64,000 bases of DNA from Gordius albopunctatus (GCA_964276515.1 OZ193910.1:1116001-1180000), one strand, 5' to 3'; shown: positions 11,932 through 26,188, numbered from the stretch's first letter. Translations and numbers: made by a program. The notes: generated from the letters alone by a model not told the origin.

Positions 11932-14900
11932 TTGTATTTTTACTTTACTTTCAATAATATATGTCGAAAATAAAATTACTTCCAAAAAAAATATGGCTTC
12001 AAAAATTTTAAACCCCCCCCCCCCCTCTAGCAAATCCTGGCTACGCCGTGGCACTCGTTTGTGGCGGCTATATGGGCTATAATTGATGATGGTAATAATA
12101 TGAATGGACTAAAACGTTTACTTTGAAAGGGTTTTTACTATAAGCTTTAGGCTATACCCGGTGTTAAAAGAGTGTCCCAATTAGCCTTAATTATAGCCAA
12201 GTCAAATAAATATAGGTAAACTTTGTGTATTAATATTTGAGACAGTAAAGTTGATATAGATGTTATAGTTCGCAAAAACTAAAAAAAATTATATTCTATA
12301 CTTTAGCCTTATTTATAGTCTTATTTTCATATTGCACTTAAAATAAATAGTTTATCACTTATTTAATAATTTTATAACATCAAAAAATATTTATATTCAG
12401 CATAATATTTTTTTAAAGTCGACACGGGAGATTTTTTAGGCTGAGACGAGATTCTCATGATCGCACTTGAGACGAGACGAAATTTTGCTTTCAGGACCGA
12501 GAACGAGATCGAAACACTAAAAACAATCAAACCCCCCCCCATTTACTTTCACTCGCAGGTTTCATCTCATCCCGTTTATCGACGGATGAGTTAGTCAAAC
12601 AAATTACTCACACACAAGACCCGCACCTCGACAATGGCCTTCTGACATGGGATTACCTCAAACTTGATTCCGCAACTCACCCAACTCGAACCACTCAAAA
12701 GTAGTGCTGTAAACATTTTAAAAAAATCGAACGCACGCGTTCACGTTCGTTAAAAATTTTATGATAAATTTTTTTAAAATTTAATTTAATATACATAAAT
12801 TTCTTATATTTTTCAATAAAATAAATAGCCATGATAAAAAATAAAAGTTTTATTTCGACAATATAATTATAAATCAATATAATCTAATAGAGCAAATATA
12901 AAGATTATTTATTTATAAAAAAAATTTCTTATTGATTTTTAATAATAATTGCTTTTCAAAATTGTCGCCTGATAAGCAGGAACGCTTGGCAGTTAATACA
13001 GAATTAGCTATACTAAAAACTCGCTCCACAGGTTCAGATGAGAGGATCGGAGTATTATACTTAATAAACAAATTTTTTAAAGGAGGAAATTTGTTAAAAA
13101 CATTTAATGTTTTGTCCCTCGCTTCAAAAAATTGCGACAAGATATCATCCTCCAATGCGCCCTCTACTTCCTCGCCAAAAAATGATATCTCGGAATTGAC
13201 AGCTCTTTCATTATCAATTCTAGGGGTTTCAATCCCTTTTTTCAATAACACTAAAAGTTTATTCTTTATACGTTCATTTTAATTATTGAATTCGATCCTT
13301 TATATAAAACGAGTGAAAAATATTTTTCATATTTTGGCCATGGCAATGACAATTCATCTTCTGATTTTGAATATTCAGAATCTGAAGATGACGACGATAT
13401 AATATTATGATTGTCCATATTAACCTATAAATTAAACTATAATTAATAATATCAAACTAATTAACTTTAATCTTATCTTCTTTTGCACGTTATGGTATGT
13501 TTAAAGTATTTCGGAATTGGTAATAGGAAGCAGAAAAACAGATGATAAAAAAATATAAGACTTTTTTGTTAAAAATTCGGATTAACATTAATTTTCAAAT
13601 AAATAAAAATAAAAAGGGGTTTTTAAAATTGAACGAACATTAAATTCGAACGCGTTCATCAAAAAAAGGAAAGCGTTCACGTTCAAAGTTCACCAAAAAA
13701 AGCCTTTCATTTACAACACTACCCAAAAGGAATGGGATTTACCACTGATAGCACGTTCCGTAGCTTACCTCACTTCGAACAACCTATCTTTGGGAAATCT
13801 CCACTTCAATGGCTTGAACCAAGCCAAAGCCTAGGGTTACACTTGTCGGGCGAGGAACTTCAAATAGCTCTAGGCCTACGCCTCGGCTGCGACATTGTGT
13901 CCCCATTCAACTCCGACCTCTGTCGCCAACCCGTTCTAGCAAAAGGCCCTCATCCTCTACACTGCCAATACAGCAAGGGGCGGCATCCTAGTCATGCCAC
14001 AATAAATAAAATACTCGGATAATTTTTAAAGAAAGCCGGCTTTCCCAACTCAATGGAACCCACTGGCCTAAGCTCCATTGACGGTAAAAGACCCGACGGT
14101 GTAATAATCATCCCGTGGGCTCGTGGCCTAAACGCCTGCTGGGACTTCACTACAGGGGATATATTTGACAAATCTAACGCCTCTTCCGACCTCATCTCTT
14201 CTACTGAGAGAAAGAAAGTGAAAAAATACAAATACCTCTTTTTTATAGAAAGGTTTCAAAAAAAAGACAACTCGTATAACTTCGAAAAATGACCGGGGTT
14301 AAGGTGACCTTCAAAAGGGGCTAAGGTGTCCTCTATAATTTAAAGTTTAAATAGTATAAATAACTTATGTGATGTGCTTAAATATTAAAAGTTTGTCTTT
14401 TGTAGTATATCAAGTATCATATAATAATTTATAATTTCTAAAATAGTAAAAGTTTATCTTTCATAACATATATAGTTTCATACAATAATTTATAATTGCT
14501 ATAATATTATAAATTTGTTTTTTAAAGCTATAAAGTTTCATATAATAAATTATAATATTGCTATTTATAATATTGCTAGATATTAAAAGTTTGTCTTTTA
14601 TAGCTTATAAAGTTTCATATGATATTTTATAATATTGTTAAATATTAAGTTTGTCTTTTATAGCTTATAATATAAAGTTTCACATGATAATTTATAATAT
14701 TGTTAAATATTACGTTTTTCTTTTATAGCTTATAAAGCTTCATAAACAGAATATAAGGTAAATGTGTTTTTACAGAGATTATTAAGTTGAAATCATTGAT
14801 TTTAATGTTTTATTAATATAAAAGTGTCACATAAACTTGACAATCATGAAATGGAATTAAAGTTTAAATTTATTGCATACTGGAGTCCTTAATAAAATCA

Positions 14901-17900
14901 GGTCTTTTAATAAAAGATGAAAACCAATCAGCACCTGCTTATTCATATTCTACCCATGAATTAGGCATTGATAAATTAAACTGTAAATGATATAGACTAA
15001 GTGCATGGCATAAATTGCAGAAACATAAGTTTATACAGGCTTTATAAAGTTTCAAATAATAATTTTATTATCAGATATTTGTGCTTTTTATGTTAAAATT
15101 AATGACTTAAGGGAGTTTGCTTAAATTGTAAAAATACTAAAAAGTTTATAACCTATTAATATAAAGCTTTATAAAATGATTTAAAAAAGTGCCTTTCCTA
15201 AGATTTTTGTTTTAGAATCAATGATTTAAATGCTTTATTGATACCAAAATGTCATATTAAGTGGATAATTATCAAAAATGGAATTAAGATATAGAATTAT
15301 TGCACCATATTAAATAATGAATGAGTGAAAGGGAAACGATAGCCCCGGCCGCGATAGCCCCAGCATGATCATTGCACTTTAAGTTGTTTTTATAGCTGAT
15401 TAAACTCGTCAAATTTATAAATTTACACATAAATATAGTAAAAGAGTCAATACTTATTACTTTAGTATATGTTTAAAGTTGGCGGAACAATTAATTTGTG
15501 AATAATGGACAAAATTCGAAAATTTAAAAAAGGACGTTTTAGCCCCGAAAAATCTTATTTTCTGCATAATTTTTTTGTAACAAAAGTTAACCCAAATATT
15601 TTTTGTGCCTAATATGTGCCTTAATAAAGTACATTTAAGATTAAAATTTGAGGTCAAAATAAGCATAAATGACAAAATTAATTGAGAGGACGTGTATAGC
15701 CCCGGTAAAGGAATAGCCCCGGTCTCCCCTACTTCTAAATTATCCGCCTTGGCGAAATAAACAGGGTCCGGACCGTGTAAGCCAACAATAGCCTTTAACT
15801 TTATTTATTTTTCACTAATTTGTTTAAAATTCCTTTTCGACAGCTGGCCAGTTTTTTCTAGCAGGTTTGTCATTTTATCCGCTTTCTATACTTCATCATT
15901 TTAATTATGTTTTTAACTTTGAATAAGAAAAACTGTTTAGAGTGCTTGATTATTGGTCTAACGATTTTTTACTACCTAAATATAGGAGGTAGAGCCCTGC
16001 AAAGTCACATTTTTTCAACCCGAACCCGACCCGAAAGTGTTTTTAGTTTTTCAACCCGAACCCGACCCGAAAGCGTTTTTAATTTTTCAACCCGAACCCG
16101 ACCCGAAAGCGTTTTTAATTTTTCAACCCGAACCCAACCCGAAAGCGTTTGTAATTTTTCCACCCGAACCCGACCGGAAAGCGTTTTTAATTTTTCCACC
16201 CGAACCCGACCCGAAAGCTTTTTTAATTTTTCAACCCGAACCCGAACCGAAAGCGTTTTTAATTTTTCCACCCGAACCGACCCGACCCGAAAGCGTTTTT
16301 AATTTTTCAACCCGAACCCGACCCGACCCATAGCGTTTAAAAATTTTTCAACCCAAAAACGACCAGACACGAAAAGAGGTTGAGCATCTAACAAAGTCTA
16401 TTATCTTGTCATTTTCGTCATATATGAAATGGAATAATTGCCAAACCTTGGATTTACCAACCAAATTCTTTTCCACTCTAAAGATTTTATTGTCAATCAG
16501 CTTCTGTAATTTATGTGGATCCATAATAATTCACTTAATTAATAATAAATATTATAGTTATTATATATTTTACCTATGTAGAGTTTGAAATTGGCCAGAT
16601 ACAAAATGAATGAATGAGATTAATTAATGATACATTTCGATATTAATTAAAAAATGTTTTATATGTAATAGCATTAATTTGAAAGATATGTTTGTTATGC
16701 AATATAAGATTTATAACCTTCAACCCGACCCGACCCGAAGGTATTTTAAAATTTTCAACCTTGCGGTTATAGTTATTTTTTTATTACTAATTACATCGAT
16801 AAGCACCTATTGCCCCCAAAACCAATTAGTATCTCTGATTGAGCTACAATACTGCTCAAGACCCTTAAAAGCTTATATTCTAAAGAAATATCCTTTTTTG
16901 AACACATTTAACTCTAGTTTTTATCAGTCTTATAAGTGTTGCAAAAAGATATTTGCTCCATTTTATAATGAGAGAGGTGCTACCTTAAACTAATAATCGA
17001 GCGATCTATAAATGGCCTAAATTCATTAAGTAAGCACTATTTAAAAAAATTCTTCAGATGATTTCACTAGCATCAGTATTATTTATACAAACCACTTCTT
17101 TTTATAATATACTAAAAATATTTTAAACTATTACAGTTTTATGTATTTAAACGAAAGCTTTCCAATTTCAGTATTGTTAAAGAAATTACGTTATTGATTT
17201 TCAGGGTAAAAATATGTATTGAAATAAATCTGTATTAGATTATGTCTTTTTCAGAATCCTTATTTTAGATTCCTCGTGTGGAAAAAACCTTAATTTTTTG
17301 TAATTTCTAAAATATGGGAAGTTTGCAACTTTGTCAAAACATGCAGCTCTCAGCTCAGGCTCCCTATGGAAAGCACAAATTTCCCATCAAGAAATTCACA
17401 ACAGAACTTTTTAAATCACACACAGATAGCCAAAATATCCTAAGCCAGAGAGTATTACAAACGTTAAAAGGGAACTCCTTTAGTTTAATACCGTATCTAA
17501 TAATTAATAATTATATAAATTAGGTGAATATACCTAAGCATTGTGTATGATAAAGTTGTAACATCCTAAATTTGTCTATGCTGGTTAGAACATCATTGGG
17601 GATATCTACGTTTAAGGTTGCACTGTTAAGATTTTAAGTTTATTAAGATTAGAATAGCATGACATTTGATGCCTGCCATTGTTATGAATTCGGTTATCAA
17701 TGAGGTTTATATTGAACTCCACTCAAGTTTTATTGTATACAATATGGCATATTAAACTATTTAATTTTTGCACTCAGCATACTTAGCAAACCTTTTTTGT
17801 GTAAAAGTGTAGTTTATGTAAAGTACCGAAGATTTTTACTGTATTTGATCATTTTGCCTTAAATCAATGATAAAAAGAACCAAATTGCATAGCAAATAAA

Positions 17901-18239
17901 AATGCCTTTGATTTTCTATAAATTAGGATGAGTAACATGGAAAAATGTCTGCGAAAATTGTGCCCATCAAATTTAGCGTCATCTTTTATTTTGTACAAAT
18001 TTAATGTTTAACCTACGACGATGGATAATATAAAATGTCTTTAAGTTAGTAATATCATCATTTGGCTGGGTAGGGGGAATTAAATATTATAATAACTTTT
18101 GGTAAGCAGCTTCTTAACAAAAAATCAGTTTTTGAAAGGGAAAGAAGTATACATACATACTATGATGTGGTGTAATTAAGTTTATTCAGCACAACTCCAA
18201 CGTTACATAATATCAACTCAAAAATATTGTTATGTTTGA

Positions 18240-19518
18240 TTAACCAATATGAAGTCTATATGATTGACATTGATGGCTAACTGAAAATTTAGCACAAAGC
18301 AATGAATTCCACCCATTATCACCCAGACCTTTTTTCGTCATTTCAAACCGTTCATGACCTTCGTATAAAGATGTGCTAAATTGAAACGTTGTTCAATAAC
18401 ATCAAAACTTATTTACTTGAAAGTGGGGATCCAGTCTTGTTGTAAAGGATTAGTGAGTTTCCATTGCATAGCCAAATATGTTTTCCCTTTAATAACACAT
18501 AATATATGTGTTGTTATTATCTCAATTAAATTTATTTAAAAATAAAATGCAAGAAATTCGTTGTGAAGATTTTTTATATAAGATTAACCGAATCATTAAA
18601 CATTATTGTACAAACAGAGTCAAATAAGAATCTAAGGCACACAAAATTCCTAACTTCTCTCCACTACGTTAAAAAATTAATTTATATAATTATTTAATTT
18701 ATTAACACGTCATCTTTTTATAACCATATGTAGCTTTTTATTTGTGTAATATGACAAATTTGCAATGGCTACCTGGTATAAATTCATAATCCTTCCTTGT
18801 TAGAGCTTCGTATTTCGAATTTTCATCGGACTTGTAGAATACACCATAACTATTAAATTTATCCTTCTCATACTCTACATAAAAATGTCAACTTTTCAAT
18901 CATAGTATTGATTATATATAGGCGTAAGTAAGCCTTATACTATATTATTTAACAAAAAGTAATATTTCTTAGCGAAAGGATTCAAATTTAAACACATTAA
19001 ACAGAAAATTCCATTAAGCGGTAGCTAGGTCTTGTGGTAAAACAATTTAGATATATATCGCCTAATACCATTTCATTGATCTTATTAAAAACGCAAACTA
19101 AAATTCTTCAATCTTAGGATTCTAACTAAATCTTGAGAGGAATAACTTAAAATATAAAGGCAACTTAATTAAGAGAGAATGAAATAAAATTAAAAAAATA
19201 TAAAATTTTGAGGAATGGCATCTCACCTCCGATCATGTATAGTGCGTAGGTTGCATTCATTACAGGTAGAGCAATAGTCCCGTTTAAGTCAAGAGAAACT
19301 TTTGGTGAACCCTAAAATTACATTTATCAATTGATCTAAACAATATTCTTTGAATTTTAAACATAAAATTGTTATGATTATTAATATATATTTTTCCTTA
19401 ATGTGAACAGGTATAGAACAAGGTTTACTTCATTATATACTGGACAGCAAAAGTTGTAGCCTTCGAAAGCAATACTAAATATTAGAAACGCAATGAATAC
19501 GTGATATAGTTGTTTCAT
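18240..19518 (-). CDS. Copy B of the signal-peptide gene
   Basis: Reverse complement of 4265-5543. Confidence 0.62.
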
Positions 19519-20534
19519 TATGAATAAATTAAATTAATGATATTATAAAATATTTGAGGAAGTTAGGATGAATGTTATTTTGTAATAATAGCCCTTTCCT
19601 CATTGGCTCAATGAAAAGGAAAACAAACAACGTGGCCCAACCTAAATATAGTTGTTGGCAGGCTGTGATAGGAGGAGAGGATTCCTTATGTTTACTATAA
19701 CTCCATCGTAGATTGATTTAATAAAATGTTTGAACGATAATGTAACTACAACTAGCAGATGAATAATACAAACATTTTAAAAGTGAGATGATACAGTGAT
19801 GAAATAGATGTTAATTTTTGGCATCGTTTAAAAACATTAATTTGTAATATAATTGCTAAAAACTAGTCCTTCTGCCTCATCAAATGATAACTATGTTAAC
19901 TCTAACATTAGTATTTTGTCAAGATAAAATTAGTTATTTTTTCAAACGTTTATGTGGCATACTAAAAAATGTCTAAAATTTTTACATTTTCTCATATAAT
20001 AGAAACTCAAAGTTGTTGCAGGAAAGACAAGTGATAAAAATGAAAGTAGCTAGTTTGTGTTTCCCATCACCTATTTTTATTTTGAGTAATAGGGATATGG
20101 GGGGGGGGGCTGTTATTCATTTTCAATGTATAATTTATTTTTCTAAAAGAGTTAAATACGGGTAAAGTCCACACAACTTAATGCAAAGAATGTTATCAAT
20201 TGTGTTCTTTGTCAAATTTTATATTTATAAGTCATCATTGCTATTTTAAATAAGGTTAAAGGATTTTATCTCTAAATTTTTAACCGCTATCCTACCAATT
20301 TTCGACCTGCCACGCCTTTTTCAAAAGATGAAGTTGTGATATTAGACTGAAAAGACCTACACTTTGAGCCTGATATTTAAATTAAGAGTTGTAAAGCTCT
20401 TATATATTGAAATTAAAAAAGTAAACAGTTTCCTAGATATATTTATATATATACTATTAGTTATTTTAAATCCAACTTACAAGAATTGTTAGCGATTTTG
20501 GTGGTAGAATATGTATAATATTTACTAACAGTTA

Positions 20535-21463
20535 GGGGAGACCGGGGCTACTCTAGCCATAAAAAATTAAAACGCGTTTCAAAAAAAACTAAAAATTATT
20601 TTTCCAACTTTTTTGTTGGGATATATTTTTAAGGTCTATTTTTACTATAGGAAAGAAATTTGGAGGGAAATAATTAATAGATTTCTCACAAATTAAGTTT
20701 TAAAAAAAAAACAAAAATCCAAAAAATTTAAAAAATGCCCGGGGCTAGTCATAGCCGATAGATTAACTCTGACGTTTTCACTTCTTATTAGTGTAGTGTA
20801 TGCTAAGGCTAACTCAAATCGATAAAAAGATTGTTTCATTATAAAAAAAATGTAGAAACTGCAAAAGTAATATGACTGTATTTTATATAAAACAAATAAA
20901 AAAGGGTCAAGATGACAATCTGACTTAAGTACATCTAAAAGACATTTTCTGCTATGTAAAAAAGGTTTTAGTCATTTTTTTAAAGTATAATCATATTTAT
21001 ATTCCTAATTACAGTAAGTTGAATTATAAACAAGATTTTTGTTTTTTAAATCTTGTCATTTGTAAGACACAATGAAAAATGGCTAGCAATAGCCACCTCT
21101 CCGACTAGCCCCGACCCATCTTTTCATAAACAATCAATAAATTAAGATGTTATATTGCATATAAAAATTTAATCATTAGATGGTTTTTATATAAAAAATC
21201 TCCCTTTACATATAAGATAAGAGTTAAATTAAAATTTTATGTCCAAAATAAAAAAATTTGTCAAGGCTACTAATAGCCCCGAAAAAGCGTTTTTTGTTCT
21301 ATAAAAATTTTAAATTTTATTTTTTCGAAACAAAAATTTTTTTACTTTTACCTTATGGAAAAATACACATTTAGTTTAAATTTTGATTTAATATCATTAT
21401 TATTTTAAAAAATAAGCAAAAATATAATAGTAACCCCGGGCTACCACTTGCCCCAGTCTCCCC
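20535..21463. mobile_element. Copy of the 929-bp pogo-type element
   Basis: Same TIRs and TA flanks; mirror of 2320-3248. Confidence 0.88.
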
Positions 21464-22239
21464 TAATTAATTTTTAAAGTTATGTGTCAGTTGATACGAG
21501 GCGGCCGACATCCAATTTAAGTCTTAATGAATTATTAGTAGGTATACATATTCGCGTTTTTCTATATTAGGAATTGTCATCCCAGTTACAAGCTGTCCAT
21601 CCAATTGAAATGTTCATTCTCCAATTATATAATTCCAAAGTTGCCTACCCCCATGGTCGTAGAATTTTAATCCAAAGCTAGAAGCAAATACAAATATTAT
21701 GTATGTTTTTGATTGCCATTGCATCGATTCATTAAAATTATAGATTATTCCTTGAACCTAGTTATAAATATACGTAAAAAAATTGGATATTAATTAATAG
21801 CTTAGTAGTGCTTGCTAATGATTAGCTTATAGAAGATGGCAGCAAAATCAGTTTACCTACATATCCTCGATAAGTAAAATATTTGGAAAGCGCTTAAGCT
21901 ATTTTCGAAAGGAGGCAATTCACTAAATAAAGGAATTGAAGAATAAGGTGACAAAAATGTTTTGGCCTAACATTTACGTGCTACTCTCCGGTGGGATTCA
22001 TAAAACAATTATAACATAGTATAAAACAATTGAAGACGATATATTGAGCTTTCAACAGATTCTTTAATAACGTTTTGTTGTTGAGTGCATTTTAACAAAA
22101 AATATAATACCTTACATGCAGCTATACATGACGAATGAGAGAGATAACATTTCTGGATAAACTAATGTAAATATTTGATGAAAGCGCCGCGACCTTGTAT
22201 AAAACATATTCTAAGCTATCATCACCCGGCCATTTATTC

Positions 22240-23290
22240 CGCATCAACTAGGCTTTAAAGCCCTATGAGGGTGCGAGATAGCTACCCATGGCGCACGCTT
22301 AGCCCTGCAACACCTCACCACTCTGGCTGACTCCTAAACTGGATTTTTAAAATTATTTTAATAGCATTCCTCGAACAGCATTCATCAATGATTTTCAAGC
22401 TATTTCCGCATTAAACCAAGTACATCATTTTGAGTCAGTGACGCCCTTCGATGCTGAAATTCGGAGAATTCTTCCTTGAATAAGAGGATCCAACATGGCG
22501 ACCCCATACCCCCCCCCCCCCCATTTATTATGTTTGGCTATAAATAACGTAATTAATGAGATTAAAAAACTTTTTAAACTCACCCTTAATGTTGGGTAAC
22601 TAGGTGATGCCACTCTTGTCAGCACTCCTGAAAACCTGATTCAAGCCGTAGATGTATTTCATTATTATCCCAATTTAAACTTATCTTTAAACCCTCAAAA
22701 AGTGAAATTTATACTGACTTGGATATTATTCACTCAAAGTTCTTTAACTTTGCCCAAATTAAAAAAAGATGACATGTATGTTTTAGGCGCACCTATCGGG
22801 ACACTCGAGTATTTTAGAAACTTTTTAGACGAAAAACTTTCCATTTTTAAAACCAAATAAGAAATTTTTGAATATATGCCCTCTCACCATTACTTCCAAT
22901 TATAAAAAATTCTTACAACTTAAGCAAAATTTTATTTTGTCTCCATTCCCCGCAAGCTTTCTTATTTAAAATATTTACAAAATTATCAAAGCTTTCTAAA
23001 TCCAGGCTCGAATTGCTTTTCAGTTGATCTTTTTGCAGAAATACTTGGCTTCAAGCCACTCTTCTTACAAAATCTTGTGGTCTCCAACCAACTGCGATTT
23101 CCTTAGCCACTTTTATCTCTTCCTCCCTATCTTTTAAACAATCCATTTCTCACTCAATCATTTCATCAATCAAGCCTTGTCACTATGGAATGACAATGTC
23201 AATTTAGGAGTTAATATCCTACAATTCTATGCCCAAATAGATTTGGATGCAAGTTTAATGTCGCGGTCCCTCGCTTACCTTCATGCGACG
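22240..23290 (+). pseudogene. Degenerate reverse transcriptase of a CRE-clade non-LTR retrotransposon
   Basis: Manual translation gives, in order, PHQLGFKAL*GCEIATHGAR, GIQHGDP..HLLCLAI, LNVG*LGDATL (decayed YLDD), LSLNP, VLGAPIG, WLQATL..K.CGL, ISLATFISS; this matches the CRE-type RT motif order. Confidence 0.8.
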
Positions 23291-24729
23291 CCAAGCAGGA
23301 TTGCAATCTAGTCATTGCCTTTTCACCAATCCCCCAAGCCCGAAAAACTTTTTATTTTTGAGCCCGACCCGAGCCCGACCCGAATTTTCAAATAAAATTT
23401 TAAAAAAATTATATTTTTGATATCTATTTCACCATCCAAATATAAAATGCATTAGAATGTTATTAATCTCAATTTACAAGAATAAGCTTGTAAGAAATCC
23501 ATTTTCACTAAATTTATTCATCTAATAATTTTAAACTAAAATCTAACTTTATAAAATACTAGCTGTGCCCGGCCAAGCGTTGCTTTGGCTTAGTACTTAT
23601 TTGGCTAAATAATTGGTACCTAGCAATAGGAAATATATGAAAGAATTTGGGTCAGCTGAAAGAGAGTTTGTGATGTGAAAAAAAAATTTTATATTATGAA
23701 AATAAATATTAACTTAATGAAAAAGGAATATTTATTATTAATTAAATAGATTTATTACAGTTTTAAATACTTATTCCGAGCCCGAGACCCGAATTTTATC
23801 AAATTCTGCCCGAACGCGGCCTGACCCGGGTCGGGCTGGGGCTCTAATTAGACATGATAAGCTAATTAACTTAATTACTGATTATGAAATCGAAAAAAAA
23901 ACAAATGATTTAAGCGCCAATATGAATTGAATATTAAATAGCTTCAAAATATAGTGAAACATTCTTTAAAAATGAAATATTTGAAATATTATTATAATAA
24001 AATAAAGGGAAATTACAAGGAAATTGAACCAAGGTTCGGAAAATTACCCTATTGTACCATATATATCCAGAAAAGACATGCGTTATGTGAGCTTATTTGA
24101 CAAGCCTCTTTTGTAAATAAAATTTAAAAATTTAATTTTCTATGAACACTTTTTGAAGCATAAAAGTTACATTGGTTCCTCATTCGAGTTGGTTTGGGCC
24201 GGGCTAAAACCGCAAGTCGGGTTGGCCCATTAGGCCCGATTATTTTTCGGGCCTTGAGCGAACCGTGCAAGGCTCTAACTACATTGACCCTCGCCCCAGT
24301 TAAGCCATCGCTGCCTTTATCATCATAGTCCCTTTATCCGCTTAGATAAGTATCCGGCGGCCACTATTTTTACATTTTACCCAAATTTATAAATTTTATT
24401 AATTAATTTATATATTCATGTGCTTAATTCATTGCTATTCATATGTAATCATATACACAAGAAGGATATTTATAAAGAACTGAACCTAAAATAGGAAAGG
24501 TTATTAATGAATGTGTTAGTATTAAAACTGAATAAGGCGAAAGGTACGTGATGTACTTTGCAAAACGATCTTATAACATTTTATTTTATAAAGTTGAGCG
24601 TTTTCGTGTTTTCGTGTTTGAAAAACAATAACAAGACCAAGAGCTATAAGATAGTGAACATATATGTTATAATTACCCTATTTCTCGGTATTCGATTAAT
24701 ATCAAAGCCATGTTTTGCAATAACAAGCT

Positions 24730-25030
24730 AACTGCAACATTGAACCCGAGTTCATTTTGTATTCTCTATTCATTAATTTGTTTCTATTAATTTATATAAT
24801 ACATAAATAACAAATTTTGGGAAAAACAAGGTTCCTAGGTACAATGAACTTGAGTTCATCATATATAATCTTTATTAATGTTTAATTTGTTTTTACTAAA
24901 TTATATGATTCATAGATAACAAGTTTTGCCAAAACAAGGAACCTGCCTAAAATGAACTCGAGTTCATCATATATTCGCTTTAAATATTCACTTTATTTCT
25001 ACGAATTTGTATGATTCATAGATACTTTGT
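24730..25030. repeat. ~105-bp degenerate tandem repeat x3 with palindromic core ATGAACTCGAGTTCAT (mirror ~46560-46860)
   Basis: Cores at ~24740, 24844 and 24952, with similar flanking sequence. Confidence 0.7.
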
Positions 25031-25048
25031 TAACAAAGTATACTTAGC

Positions 25049-25440
25049 CATGGGCGTAGCCAGCTTTCGGATCAGGGGGGGGCGAGCAAAAAAAATCGCC
25101 GAGACTAAGTGAGAGCAAAAAAAAAAAAAAAAGGTCACCAACACCTCAACACCTTTTTTTGGTATTTAACGTTAGTAATTAAAATATTTTGCTATTCTTT
25201 GGCCTCAACCCACATAAAAACTCATTATTAATCAACAGTACAGTGTACAGAGGATATGTAAACGATGTATGCGTCAAAAGTTCGTGAAATAAAATTTTCA
25301 ACATAAAACTTAATTTCAATCAGGGGGGGGCGAAACACTAATTTTTTCCAATTTTTACATAAATTTACATTAAAAAATAGAAAAATTCTCATTCAGGGGG
25401 GGGCGGCCGCCCCCCCTGCCCCCCCCTGCCTACGCCCATG
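25049..25440. mobile_element. 392-bp hAT MITE
   Basis: TIR CATGGGCGTAG / CTACGCCCATG; perfect 8-bp TSD TACTTAGC. Confidence 0.92.
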
Positions 25441-26093
25441 TACTTAGCTATAAAAGTTGAATTCAATTTACATTTGAAATAGCAATGAAATTTGTTTCCT
25501 TATTTTTTTAAAAAGTTGTAAGGCTAGGGGGCCAAGGGTTGTTAGGGTAGTCATCGCAATGGGACAAAACATTATAGTAGTATTGTTAATATCTGAGTAT
25601 TTTGAAATTTCCAGAGCCCCGGCTGAAGACAGAAAATCGGCATAACTATCTGTAAATATAATTCATTAGCCATAACCGAATGTCTTCCCAATATCTACGA
25701 TTCTTAATTTTTAAATTTATTTATCTTACCTTCACAAAATATGTAATTCTCTTTACAAAAATAAAAAATGATATAATACTGCTAAAAAAAAATAAACTAG
25801 TTCATAGTTCAGTTCATTTTTTAAATATTATATTTAATAAACATTTTTTATATACAGTCAAGCTTTTTTTATACAAAACTAAATCAGCTATATAGTTTTT
25901 AAAAACAATTGTATGGTAGAACTTTCATTTTTCATTCCAAACAATATAATATTAATTACAATTGATAATAGAAATCATGGGGAAGTAGATGAAATTTGGA
26001 CTTGAATAAAATATTTTTTCCAAAATTATTATTTAAAAAAGAAGAACTTTTAAATCTATTTTGTGCCTTATATATAACACCTATCTCGCTTAC

Positions 26094-26188
26094 TATGTGA
26101 CTAGAAAATTAACTATGATGGCATACTGATGAGCTCTAATAAGAGCGAAAACGTTATATGTCTGTTGTTATCATTTTCGAGTCACATA
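26094..26188 (+). ncRNA. Type I hammerhead ribozyme-like motif
   Basis: CTGATGA (26126) - stem II GCTCT/AGAGC with loop AATA - GAAA(A) - stem III ACGT-TAT-ATGT - GTC site (C26162); extended bulged stem I TATGTGACTAGAAA..ATGATGGCATA / TGTTGTTATCATTTTCGAGTCACATA. One extra A in the core. Confidence 0.75.

Noticed and set aside
11701..12082. ORFs spanning the N runs (also 35576-35891)
   Set aside because: Open only because of the assembly gaps.
25618..25672. Second hammerhead-like motif CTGAAGA-CAGA...TCTG-TAAA
   Set aside because: The GAAA core is not intact and stems I and III are not convincing.
26094..26188. Whole 16.4-kb unit as a ribozyme-processed, RNA-templated (retrozyme/Terminon-like) repeat
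   Set aside because: The unit junction is ~4.5 kb from the hammerhead, introns are retained and no Penelope RT is present; a DNA-level duplication is simpler.
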